A stretch of 64,000 bases of DNA, from NCBI GenBank assembly GCA_050013255.1, contig JBEKFP010000001.1, positions 640,001-704,000 on the forward strand, written 5' to 3'. The stretch is from Candidatus Bathyarchaeia archaeon (GTDB lineage: Archaea > Thermoproteota > Bathyarchaeia > 40CM-2-53-6). Position 1 is the stretch's first letter. Every line of letters begins with the position of its first letter. This document shows positions 56,366-64,000 of the stretch, in pieces. A program made the position numbers and the translations under genes. The notes beneath the pieces were generated by a model. That model was not told where the DNA came from and did not search any database. It saw nothing but the letters and a program-made list of their open reading frames with translations.

Positions 56366-57074
56366 CCTCCGTGCCGGCGGGCTGCAGGGCAGAACGGGCC
56401 GTCTCGCTCAACTTATACCTGAATGGGGCTCGGTTTGATTCGCGGTCCACATACCCTTCCAAGTACAATTTCTTCATCAGCCGCGAGGTGTGCTCCCTCG
56501 ACTTCCTTAGCCGTTGCCCTAGTTCGGGCGCCGCCTTCAAGCCTTCAGCGTTCAAAATCATGAGTGTCTCACGCTCCGTGGGTGTCAACGAGGACAGGAT
56601 GTCTCCTTCACTGACGACGCCACCCAAGTTCGTGCGTTTAGTCGGGGGTTGGACTACTGCACCTATGTGTGGCAGGGAGGCGAACCTAGCTTTCAAATTC
56701 TCAAGGTCGGCTACGAAACGTTTGTCATTGCTTAGGACTTCTTCGAGGCGCTTGAGCAGCTGAAGGTTGGACGAGCGAAGCGCCACCTGCTCCCATTCCA
56801 CCCCACCAATGCGCGTTTTCAAGTCATCCACCTCACTCTGCGCTTGGCTGACGACGGACTCGGATTGCTCAATGCGGGACGTAAGGGCGTCCACAATTAC
56901 GTTGATGATTGAGGCTGATTCCATAAGGGCCTGCTTACTTTGTTTGAAGGCGTGGACAGCCTTGGCTGCTAAGAGGACGAGGATTACGAGGACGGCGGCA
57001 GAAACTGCGTCCACAGCGATTGTGAATGGGTCCAAGGTGGATGAGACCTTACCGATTAGGTATTTCAAAGTCAT
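56337..57074 (-). CDS. Membrane-anchored coiled-coil protein with C-terminal wHTH
   Basis: N-terminal TM, heptad region, LTPTE...SREHT.RLMKKLY.EGYV.R...PFRY. Confidence 0.8.
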   Translation of the reverse strand: MTLKYLIGKVSSTLDPFTIAVDAVSAAVLVILVLLAAKAVHAFKQSKQALMESASIINVIVDALTSRIEQSESVVSQAQSEVDDLKTRIGGVEWEQVALRSSNLQLLKRLEEVLSNDKRFVADLENLKARFASLPHIGAVVQPPTKRTNLGGVVSEGDILSSLTPTERETLMILNAEGLKAAPELGQRLRKSREHTSRLMKKLYLEGYVDRESNRAPFRYKLSETARSALQPAGTEVTEKESEKA

Positions 57075-57080
57075 TTACAC

Positions 57081-57290
57081 GTGTGATGTCACACTGGTCG
57101 TTTGACGTCACAATGATGACGCGGTGATGAAAGTATGATGCCCTCTCATATCACAACCTCACGAAACCAGGTTCGCTATGGCTAGATGGAGCTGAGAAAG
57201 TCTCATTTTTAGCCTTTCGCAATGTTTGACTTCATTATCGTGATGTTGGGTGGACGCCTGAAGCTCGATGGATATCACGTGATGTCACGT
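57081..57290. repeat. Array of TGAYRTCA-like boxes
   Basis: Boxes at 57084, 57103, 57114, 57125, 57136, 57146, 57227, 57241, 57270, 57280; 14-bp palindromes at both ends. Confidence 0.65.
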
Positions 57291-57304
57291 TAGAGCTAGA
57301 ACTC

Positions 57305-57901
57305 TTAGCCTTCGAGAGTGTCCTTGAAGCTTTGACGTTTGGCTAGGGCGGAAATGCTGTCGCGAAGCCTTTGATTCAGTTGTTCGATAGCTTCATGGTC
57401 TGTTTGGCCAATTTGTCTAGCTTGTTGGATGTAGCCTTGGATTGTGTCAGAGAGCTCCGTGAACGGTTGAAGAGAGGGCGTATCGAAAAGCCCTACGTAC
57501 CCAAGGAGAAGAATGGTGTAAATCGAGCGAATCACATTGTTTTGGGCTTGAATTAAGGTCCGATTATAAGCGCCACGGCTGACACGTCTCCCGGAGGGCC
57601 TAAACAGGCGCCTATGCGCCTTCAATGCCCCTTTTTCGCTTGAGAGAGAATCGGCGAGAATTGTCTCTAACTGGGGCAGAGTCAGTTGGCTGCTTCGGAG
57701 AAGCAGCTTGGTAACGGGATCGCTGAGCGTATCACGAATTGAGGCACGAGCCTCTGACACCATATCGGGACGGTCAGACGTATGAACAGCCTCATGGATA
57801 CGGTTTTGTATTCGCTTAAGGCTTTTTCGACAACTTGGACTTAACCTACAAAGTTGCCGCCGAGAAATTGTTCCGTTCCATGATGCCTCCCCATTCTGCA
57901 A
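57305..57901 (-). CDS. Hypothetical protein (likely start MVSEARAS)
   Basis: LL..S.LT..QLET...VSRGAYNRTL.QA..NVIRSIYT.LLLGY.G, HTH-like. Confidence 0.75.
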   Translation of the reverse strand: MQNGEASWNGTISRRQLCRLSPSCRKSLKRIQNRIHEAVHTSDRPDMVSEARASIRDTLSDPVTKLLLRSSQLTLPQLETILADSLSSEKGALKAHRRLFRPSGRRVSRGAYNRTLIQAQNNVIRSIYTILLLGYVGLFDTPSLQPFTELSDTIQGYIQQARQIGQTDHEAIEQLNQRLRDSISALAKRQSFKDTLEG

Positions 57902-57984
57902 TGGTGATGTTGAAAGTCATGGAATCTGCAATCTTGAAATACGGCGGGATTCATGTCGCCTCCTGACAAAGAAGGGGATTCTAG

Positions 57985-58248
57985 TTGGGTAGGCGTAGGA
58001 GAAGAGTCGTCAAGGTAGTCAAGAAGAAACTTCCATCCGTTTTCACTTGCCCCTCATGTGGCGAGGAATCAATACGCGTCAAATTGCCCCAGGGGCCCGG
58101 CCCTGCTATCGTTCAATGCGGCGCATGTGGACTCAAACGTGAATTCGAAGCCACACCATCCAGCCAGATTGTCGACATATACTGCATGTTCACGGACTCC
58201 TATTACTCAAAAGAGAAACCGCCCGAAACCCCTCAGCAAACATCGTAA
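57985..58248 (+). CDS. elf1: Transcription elongation factor Elf1
   Basis: MGRRRR...LP.VF.CP.C...C..CG...VD.Y..F.D. Confidence 0.9.
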   Translation: MGRRRRRVVKVVKKKLPSVFTCPSCGEESIRVKLPQGPGPAIVQCGACGLKREFEATPSSQIVDIYCMFTDSYYSKEKPPETPQQTS

Positions 58249-58335
58249 CCTCCAACGTACTCGTATAATCAGTTGGATCATCCAGCCTCTCAGTGTTAAA
58301 TTACGGTTAGCCCTTCTGTAAACTGGGCTAGCCTA

Positions 58336-61300
58336 ATGGCAGCAACTGTTCTCAGCGAGCACGATGCGTATTTCCAACGCCTCAAAGAGCAGTTGGATAG
58401 AATTTACGATCTTGCTAGGCAGGCGAGGGCGAAAGGGTTCGACCCCTCACCAGAACCTGAATCCCTACTGACCCATGATGTCGCAGAGCGTGTCGAGAAG
58501 GCTGTTGGCCCAGTTGGAGTAGCGTCCCGAATCCGTGAGCTCTCGGATGTCATGCAGCGCGAGCTTGTCGCGCTCAAGATTGCTGAGGAAATTGCCCTCG
58601 GCAAGTATGGAGGTATAGAGGAAGGGGCAGCGGAGCAGGCTGTGCGGACCGCTTCAGCCATACTAGATGAAGGGGTGACCGCGGCGCCGATAGAGGGAAT
58701 CTCCAGCGTCCGCATTAGAACAAATCAGGATGGGAGCAGGTATCTTGCGGTCTACTTTGCCGGCCCCATAAGGTCCGCAGGCGGCACCGATATGGCTCTT
58801 ATTCTCGTTATCGCCGATTACGTTCGCCATCAACTCGGCTTGGGTAAGTACAAGGCTACGGAACTTGAAGCGAAACGATTCGTGGAAGAGCTCCGCATCT
58901 ATGAGAGAGAAGTCGCCAGATTTCAATTCAAAGTCTCGGATGAGGAGTTGTTCAACGCCATCATGCGGCTGCCGGTGGAGGTTAACGGGGTTGAAACCGA
59001 CCCGGTCGAGGTGAGCGCGTACCGAAATGTTCCGAGGGTAGATACCAACAGAGTCAGGGGTGGGGCGCTCAGGGTCGTTCACGATGGTTTGATTGGGAGA
59101 AGCCACAAGGTACTGAAGATTGTCGACAGTCTCGGTATCGAAGGGTGGAGTTGGCTGAGGGAGATTAAGCCCCCCGTCGCTGAGGCGGAGGAGGCGCGTG
59201 AGTTCATGTTCATGGAGGACGTTCTCGCAGGCCGGCCGATATTCTCCTTCCCACAGTTCACAGGAGGCTTTAGGCTTAGATATGGACGGGCTCGAAACAC
59301 GGGGCTTGCGGCCATCGGGCTCCATCCATCAACTATGCTGGTCCTTGGAAAGTTCATTGCAGTTGGGACGCAATTGAGGCTTGAGAAGCCTGGAAAAGCG
59401 GGAATTGCTGCGACGGTCGACTCCATCGAACCCCCAATCGTGAAACTGAACGACGGATCCGTCGTAAGGCTCTTCGACCCTAAGGAAGCGGAAAGGCTGC
59501 TTAATTCAATCAGCAAAATCCTCTTCCTCGGTGACATTCTTGTGGGGTTCGGGGAATTCCTTGAGAACAACCGCCCCCTGCTACCGTCGGGTTTTGTTGA
59601 AGAATGGTGGCGTGAACTCGTTAGGCTTGAGGCTGCGAACTACGGCGGCCTTGAGGCTTTCGCGAAACATGTCGGTGTGAATGGAACCGAACTGATCGAT
59701 TGGGTTGCAGACTCAGGTGGAACCTTCCCAACCACCGAGGACGCACTGCGCATCGCGAGACACTCCAAAATACCGTTACACCCGAGGTACACGTACTTCT
59801 GGGAGAATATTGCCCCCCAAGACTTCGACCAGTTACGCTCTAGGCTGATGGACAAGGGCCAAACAGAAGCCTCCCCTAGGCGAATCGTGACTAGGAAAGA
59901 ACCCCTAACCAAGGCTATTCTGGAGAACCTCTGCATCCCACACAATGTCGACGGCGAATCCATTGTAATCGAGGCGGAGGCGCCCATACTGTACGAATGC
60001 CTCGGCCTGTCTTCCCCTGCGAAACCACTTGAGGGTGGAGACGTCTTCCAAAAGATCGCCCAAGCATCGGCCATACAAGTGATGAGGAAGGCCCCGGTTT
60101 ACGTGGGCGCTAGGATGGGGCGGCCGGAAAAGGCAAAACGGCGGGAAATGCGGCCATTAGTCCACTGCCTCTTCCCAGTGGGGTTAGCTGGGGGCCCAAG
60201 GAGAAGTATCGTGGAGGCGGCCACGGAGCATTCTGTTATTTCCGTCGAAATAGCGTATCGTAAATGCGGCGGCTGCGGCAACATAACCCACCTCAACTTC
60301 TGTGAAAGATGCGGCGAGAAAACCGCGAAAGTTTTTGTCTGCCCGAAATGTGGCGCTGAGGGCGCCAACAAGACCTGCCCCAACTGCCGGAGCATTTCGC
60401 GAGCGTACACGGAGAGAAGTGTGCCGCTTAGAGACTTGTTGAATTCAGCGGAAAGAAAACTCTCCCTGACGGTGATCCCTGAGGCTGTGAAAGGAGTGCG
60501 GGGGTTGACTAACGATGCTAAAGCCCCAGAACCCCTCGAGAAAGGCCTACTACGCGCGAAACATGACGTATCCGTCTTCAAAGATGGGACGGTTCGCTTT
60601 GACGCAACCAACGCGCCCCTCACACACTTCAAACCGGCCGAGGTCGGCGTTGAGGTTGAGAAACTTCAAGCGCTAGGCTACAACGTGGACATGAACGGCG
60701 AACCCCTCAAGTCGGCCGAGCAGTGCTGCGCTCTCAAAGTGCACGATATCATAGTGACCGAACAGTGCGGCGACTATTTTGTCAGGGTTGCAAAGTTCCT
60801 CGATGAACTACTACAAACCTTCTACGGTCTACCCCCATTCTACCAAGCAAGAACGAGGCAGGACATAGTCGGCCAACTGGTCGTCGGCCTCTCACCCCAC
60901 ACCTCAGTCGGAGTCATAGGCCGCATAATCGGCTTCACCCGCGCCGCCGTCTGCTTCGCACACCCCTTCTGGCACGCTACCAAGCGCAGGGATTGTGACG
61001 GTGATGAGGATTCTGTTAGCTTAGCTTTGGATATTTTGCTGAATTTCTCGAGGCAGTATCTGCCTTCAAGGATTGGGGGTATTATGGATGCGCCGCTCTT
61101 GTTGTCGGCGGCCATCAAGCCCAGCGAGATTGCACGTCAGGCCTTCAACCTTGAAACCGTGCAGCGCCTACCACTGAAATTTTTCGAGGAGACGCAGATA
61201 CGTACGGATCCGAAGGCGTTGACGGGGTTAATCGAGACGGTGCAGAAGAAGCTTGGCTCCGACGCCGTCTTGGGATCGCTTGGGTTCACGCATGACACTC

Positions 61301-61752
61301 ATGACTTTAACAGCGGAAACCTGGAAAGCGTGTACAAGAAGCTGGGGTCGATGCTCGACAAGTTGACTCTGCAACTCAAGCTCGCCGAGTCAGTTAAGGC
61401 GGTGGCAGCGGGGGAGGTTGCGAAACGAGTTCTCTCAACACATTTCATGCGGGACTTGACCGGAAACCTGAAGGCTTTTGCCAGTCAGCGGTTCCGGTGC
61501 ACTAAATGTAATGCGAAGTATCGAAGGATACCGTTGAAGGGGGTCTGCCCCCGTTGCGGCGGCAAACTATCCCTGACTGTCTACAGGGGCAGCGTGGAAA
61601 AATACTTGACCGTAGCGCAGGATCTGGTCAAGCGATACAATCTAGGCAAATACCATGAACAACGCCTACTCCTCCTCCATGAGGAAATTAATTCACTCTT
61701 CAACGAACAGGAGGAAAAGAAGAAACAACCTACGCTCGCGCAGTTTGTGTGA
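58336..61752 (+). CDS. polC: DNA polymerase D large subunit DP2
   Basis: YFAGPIRSAGGT, LRYGR.RN.G, RRDCDGDED catalytic motif, Zn fingers, PIP-box QPTLAQF; no intein. Confidence 0.97.
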   Translation: MAATVLSEHDAYFQRLKEQLDRIYDLARQARAKGFDPSPEPESLLTHDVAERVEKAVGPVGVASRIRELSDVMQRELVALKIAEEIALGKYGGIEEGAAEQAVRTASAILDEGVTAAPIEGISSVRIRTNQDGSRYLAVYFAGPIRSAGGTDMALILVIADYVRHQLGLGKYKATELEAKRFVEELRIYEREVARFQFKVSDEELFNAIMRLPVEVNGVETDPVEVSAYRNVPRVDTNRVRGGALRVVHDGLIGRSHKVLKIVDSLGIEGWSWLREIKPPVAEAEEAREFMFMEDVLAGRPIFSFPQFTGGFRLRYGRARNTGLAAIGLHPSTMLVLGKFIAVGTQLRLEKPGKAGIAATVDSIEPPIVKLNDGSVVRLFDPKEAERLLNSISKILFLGDILVGFGEFLENNRPLLPSGFVEEWWRELVRLEAANYGGLEAFAKHVGVNGTELIDWVADSGGTFPTTEDALRIARHSKIPLHPRYTYFWENIAPQDFDQLRSRLMDKGQTEASPRRIVTRKEPLTKAILENLCIPHNVDGESIVIEAEAPILYECLGLSSPAKPLEGGDVFQKIAQASAIQVMRKAPVYVGARMGRPEKAKRREMRPLVHCLFPVGLAGGPRRSIVEAATEHSVISVEIAYRKCGGCGNITHLNFCERCGEKTAKVFVCPKCGAEGANKTCPNCRSISRAYTERSVPLRDLLNSAERKLSLTVIPEAVKGVRGLTNDAKAPEPLEKGLLRAKHDVSVFKDGTVRFDATNAPLTHFKPAEVGVEVEKLQALGYNVDMNGEPLKSAEQCCALKVHDIIVTEQCGDYFVRVAKFLDELLQTFYGLPPFYQARTRQDIVGQLVVGLSPHTSVGVIGRIIGFTRAAVCFAHPFWHATKRRDCDGDEDSVSLALDILLNFSRQYLPSRIGGIMDAPLLLSAAIKPSEIARQAFNLETVQRLPLKFFEETQIRTDPKALTGLIETVQKKLGSDAVLGSLGFTHDTHDFNSGNLESVYKKLGSMLDKLTLQLKLAESVKAVAAGEVAKRVLSTHFMRDLTGNLKAFASQRFRCTKCNAKYRRIPLKGVCPRCGGKLSLTVYRGSVEKYLTVAQDLVKRYNLGKYHEQRLLLLHEEINSLFNEQEEKKKQPTLAQFV

Positions 61753-61761
61753 GATGATAGC

Positions 61762-62034
61762 ATGCCAAAGGCCCCTGCGTTCCATCCCAAAGCCTACCTA
61801 ACATCAAAAAGGAACGTCAAGGCGGGATTACTTTCCCGTTCGAAAATCCTGGTCGTTCTTGAGAGGGAGCTGAAAAGCGCGAGTGCCATAGCGAAAGAAG
61901 CTTCCCTATCGTACGAATGCGTCACATACCATCTGAAGGCGTTGAAAAAAGAACGGTTAGTAGACAAGTTGACCAAGACGAAGCCATTCACCTGGGGGCT
62001 CACCCCATTTGGGCAACAGAAGCTGCCCACGTAA
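61762..62034 (+). CDS. ArsR-like wHTH protein
   Basis: RSKIL..L...SA..IA....LSY..V.YHL..L. Confidence 0.8.
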   Translation: MPKAPAFHPKAYLTSKRNVKAGLLSRSKILVVLERELKSASAIAKEASLSYECVTYHLKALKKERLVDKLTKTKPFTWGLTPFGQQKLPT

Positions 62035-62162
62035 CGCGACGCCTTAGAGGCTGCATGCATTCAGGGCGAAGGATGGCGAACCCGATGGCATTTCATGAAC
62101 ACACTAAATACGAGCCTACCCATACTTCCTCCATCTCAGAAAATTAATGCCGGCGAAACGTA

Positions 62163-62930
62163 ATGCAAACAGAAGTCAAGTACCATCAAAAACCAGAACT
62201 AAACAACCCCGTAATGATTTGCGGGCTTCCAGGGATCGGGTCAGTGGCTTGGCTTGCTGTCAGCCACCTCCAGAAGGAGTTGAAAGCAGAACTTTTCGCT
62301 GAGGTTTTTTCTCCCATGTTTTCGCCGAAGGTTTGGCTTACGGATGAGGGGGTAGTGCAACTGATGAAGGGGGAGTTTCATTTTTGGAAGAACAACGCTG
62401 GCGGAACCGACCTGTTGCTCTTCTCGGCAAATGAGCAGCCATATTCGCCTGAGGGACAGTATGAGCTGGCTGAGGTTGTTCTGGAAATGGGGGAGAAGTT
62501 TGGCGTGAGAAGGGTCATCACGATGGGGGGGATGGCTACGGAGAGGTTCACCGAACAACCGAAAGTGTATGTCGGCGGTACGGATGTTGAGCAGGTGAAG
62601 GAATTGGAGGGCTTTGGTGCCGTAAAGCTTGCAGGGGGCGCGATAACAGGAACAAACGGCCTAATTTTTGGGTTGGCAAAACCAAGAAAAATGCCTGCTA
62701 TCTGCCTTCTGGCCGAAACTCCCGGTTACCTAACCCTAGACGCAAACGCTGCAAAAGCAGCTTTGCAGCTCGCATCCAAGCTACTAAACATCCCGTTCGA
62801 CGTGGCAGCGTTGGAAAAGCAGGCCAAAGAGAACGTGGAAGCAGTGAAACGCGCGAAGGATCTATCCCGAGGAACCTTCCCACCCGAGGCTAAGAAGGGC
62901 GGCGAGAGAGAACTCTCGTACGTAAGCTAA
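62163..62930 (+). CDS. PAC2-family proteasome assembly chaperone
   Basis: GLPGIG.V..LA..HL, QP, T.GG, I.G..GL, CLL.ET; C-terminal LSYVS. Confidence 0.9.
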   Translation: MQTEVKYHQKPELNNPVMICGLPGIGSVAWLAVSHLQKELKAELFAEVFSPMFSPKVWLTDEGVVQLMKGEFHFWKNNAGGTDLLLFSANEQPYSPEGQYELAEVVLEMGEKFGVRRVITMGGMATERFTEQPKVYVGGTDVEQVKELEGFGAVKLAGGAITGTNGLIFGLAKPRKMPAICLLAETPGYLTLDANAAKAALQLASKLLNIPFDVAALEKQAKENVEAVKRAKDLSRGTFPPEAKKGGERELSYVS

Positions 62931-62947
62931 CTCGCCCAGTGTTCGCG

Positions 62948-63109
62948 ATGAAGGTCATGTGCAACCAATGCGGAAAGGTGCTAGATCTTATGGGGGCGAC
63001 ATCCTTCGCATTGGAAGAATCCGGACAACTGAAAACATACCATTTCTGCACAGATGGCCACATGATGGAATTTGCCCGAAAGAAAGGGTTTCCATTAGGC
63101 AAGGATTAA
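62948..63109 (+). CDS. 53-aa TRASH/YHS-like metal-binding protein
   Basis: MKVMCNQCGKVL...KTYHFCTDGHMMEF; below the ORF-track cutoff. Confidence 0.7.
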   Translation: MKVMCNQCGKVLDLMGATSFALEESGQLKTYHFCTDGHMMEFARKKGFPLGKD

Positions 63110-63156
63110 CTGCCCGCGCAACCCCATACTGGCTGCCGTAAGGGCAGGATTATTGG

Positions 63157-63453
63157 ATGTCAGCCTCCGAAGATTTGAAGTCAGCCTCCACAACTTTCGC
63201 TGCGTTAGGTAACGTTGTGCGGCTTCGCATTCTACTGATGCTGATGGATAGCAAGAAACCCTTGCACATTACTGCTGTCGCGAGCAACCTGAAAATGGAT
63301 TACGGCGGGATTTACAGACACGTCGAAGTTCTAACGGAGGCAGGTCTCATACAGGTCTATGAGGTGGGTAGGTCGAGGGTTCTCTCACCTCTCAACGTGG
63401 ATCTTCTGCGCGACCTCGTTTCGAAAGCGAAAAGCTTCAGCAAAAAGCGATGA
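63157..63453 (+). CDS. ArsR-family regulator
   Basis: FAALGN.VRLRIL...IYRHV.VL.EAGLI. Confidence 0.85.
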   Translation: MSASEDLKSASTTFAALGNVVRLRILLMLMDSKKPLHITAVASNLKMDYGGIYRHVEVLTEAGLIQVYEVGRSRVLSPLNVDLLRDLVSKAKSFSKKR

Positions 63454-63495
63454 TCTAAGCCTATAATTGACATGACTTTATGATTATTTAGTGAA

Positions 63496-63533
63496 ATTGT
63501 CATAATGTAAGGGTATTGTTATAATGTAAGGGT
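63496..63533 (+). repeat. 19-bp tandem repeat
   Basis: ATTGT(C/T)ATAATGTAAGGGT twice. Confidence 0.75.
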
Positions 63534-63565
63534 TAAGTAGTTGTGACTTATTGTGCGCACAATTT

Positions 63566-64000
63566 GTGGTTTCGTTGGCCGACGGACTGTTTGCCAGGCG
63601 AAGCGTGGCGTTAACTGGTGCGGCCGTTTTTGGGAGCTTGGCGGCTCTAACAACAATTGTGCTTCCCGCCAACATTCAGCCCGCATTCCCATTATTGAGC
63701 TTCCTACGTTTTGATCCGGCTGAATTGTTCGATGTCCTAGCCTTCCTAATCTTCGGGCCTATACCCGCGCTGATAACCGCCACCGTTCACTGGGCAATCC
63801 TTGCAGAAACTGGAACTAATGGTATCTTGGGCCCGACGGGGAAGTTCGCCGCAGTCTTGTCGACGCTGTTAGGGCTATGGTTAGGAAGCATGGCATATCG
63901 GCGCATAGCACAAAAAAGCACTCGCACTTCTCTGGCTCTAGGCACGATGCTGGGTTTCGCAGCTTTAGCTCGTGTCGGGTTGATGCTTGTCGTGAACTAT
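63566..64000 (+). CDS. ECF transporter S-component (partial, runs off the window)
   Basis: AAVFGSLAA...PAFPLLSFLRFDPAE......LIFGP, a RibU-like pattern. Confidence 0.75.
   Translation, partial: MVSLADGLFARRSVALTGAAVFGSLAALTTIVLPANIQPAFPLLSFLRFDPAELFDVLAFLIFGPIPALITATVHWAILAETGTNGILGPTGKFAAVLSTLLGLWLGSMAYRRIAQKSTRTSLALGTMLGFAALARVGLMLVVNY

Noticed and set aside
58336-61752. Intein in DP2
   Set aside because: Length is normal and the catalytic region is uninterrupted.
552-63675. Many antisense or alternate-frame ORFs in the track (for example 1495-2061, 4437-4913, 13975-14166, 16645-17127, 58663-59325)
   Set aside because: Shadows of well-supported genes, with no independent motifs.

Overview
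Archaeal chromosomal window, most likely TACK-type such as Bathyarchaeia (inferred from PolD DP1/DP2, Elf1, ZPR1, Sec61beta, PAC2 and Orc1/Cdc6). The left part holds a 2-oxoacid dehydrogenase E1a/E1b/E2 operon with lipA, a membrane Mo-oxidoreductase/MsrB region, three toxin-antitoxin pairs and assorted enzymes. The middle holds an arsenic locus (arsR-arsC divergent from arsM-acr3). Its arsM-acr3 arm continues into a lipoyl-carrier H-protein, two DGC proteins, an OsmC-like protein and XdhC. An accessory island at about 38.7-44.2 kb is punctuated by a repeated 34-bp 13-8-13 (loxP-like) palindrome. Three non-autonomous IS6-ended mini-elements, each with an 8-bp target duplication, carry a structured RNA-like segment, a SET-domain gene, or almost nothing. 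The right part holds a truncated CysRS-like gene, a four-gene uncharacterised membrane operon, and the replication core (DP1, cdc6, ORB-containing oriC, Elf1, DP2). Next to these lie an unannotated protamine-like ORF and an origin-linked membrane-anchored HTH cluster with helically phased TGAYRTCA repeats. No rRNA, intact tRNA, CRISPR array, transposase or integrase was recognised. All family assignments are by eye from motifs; no database searches were run.
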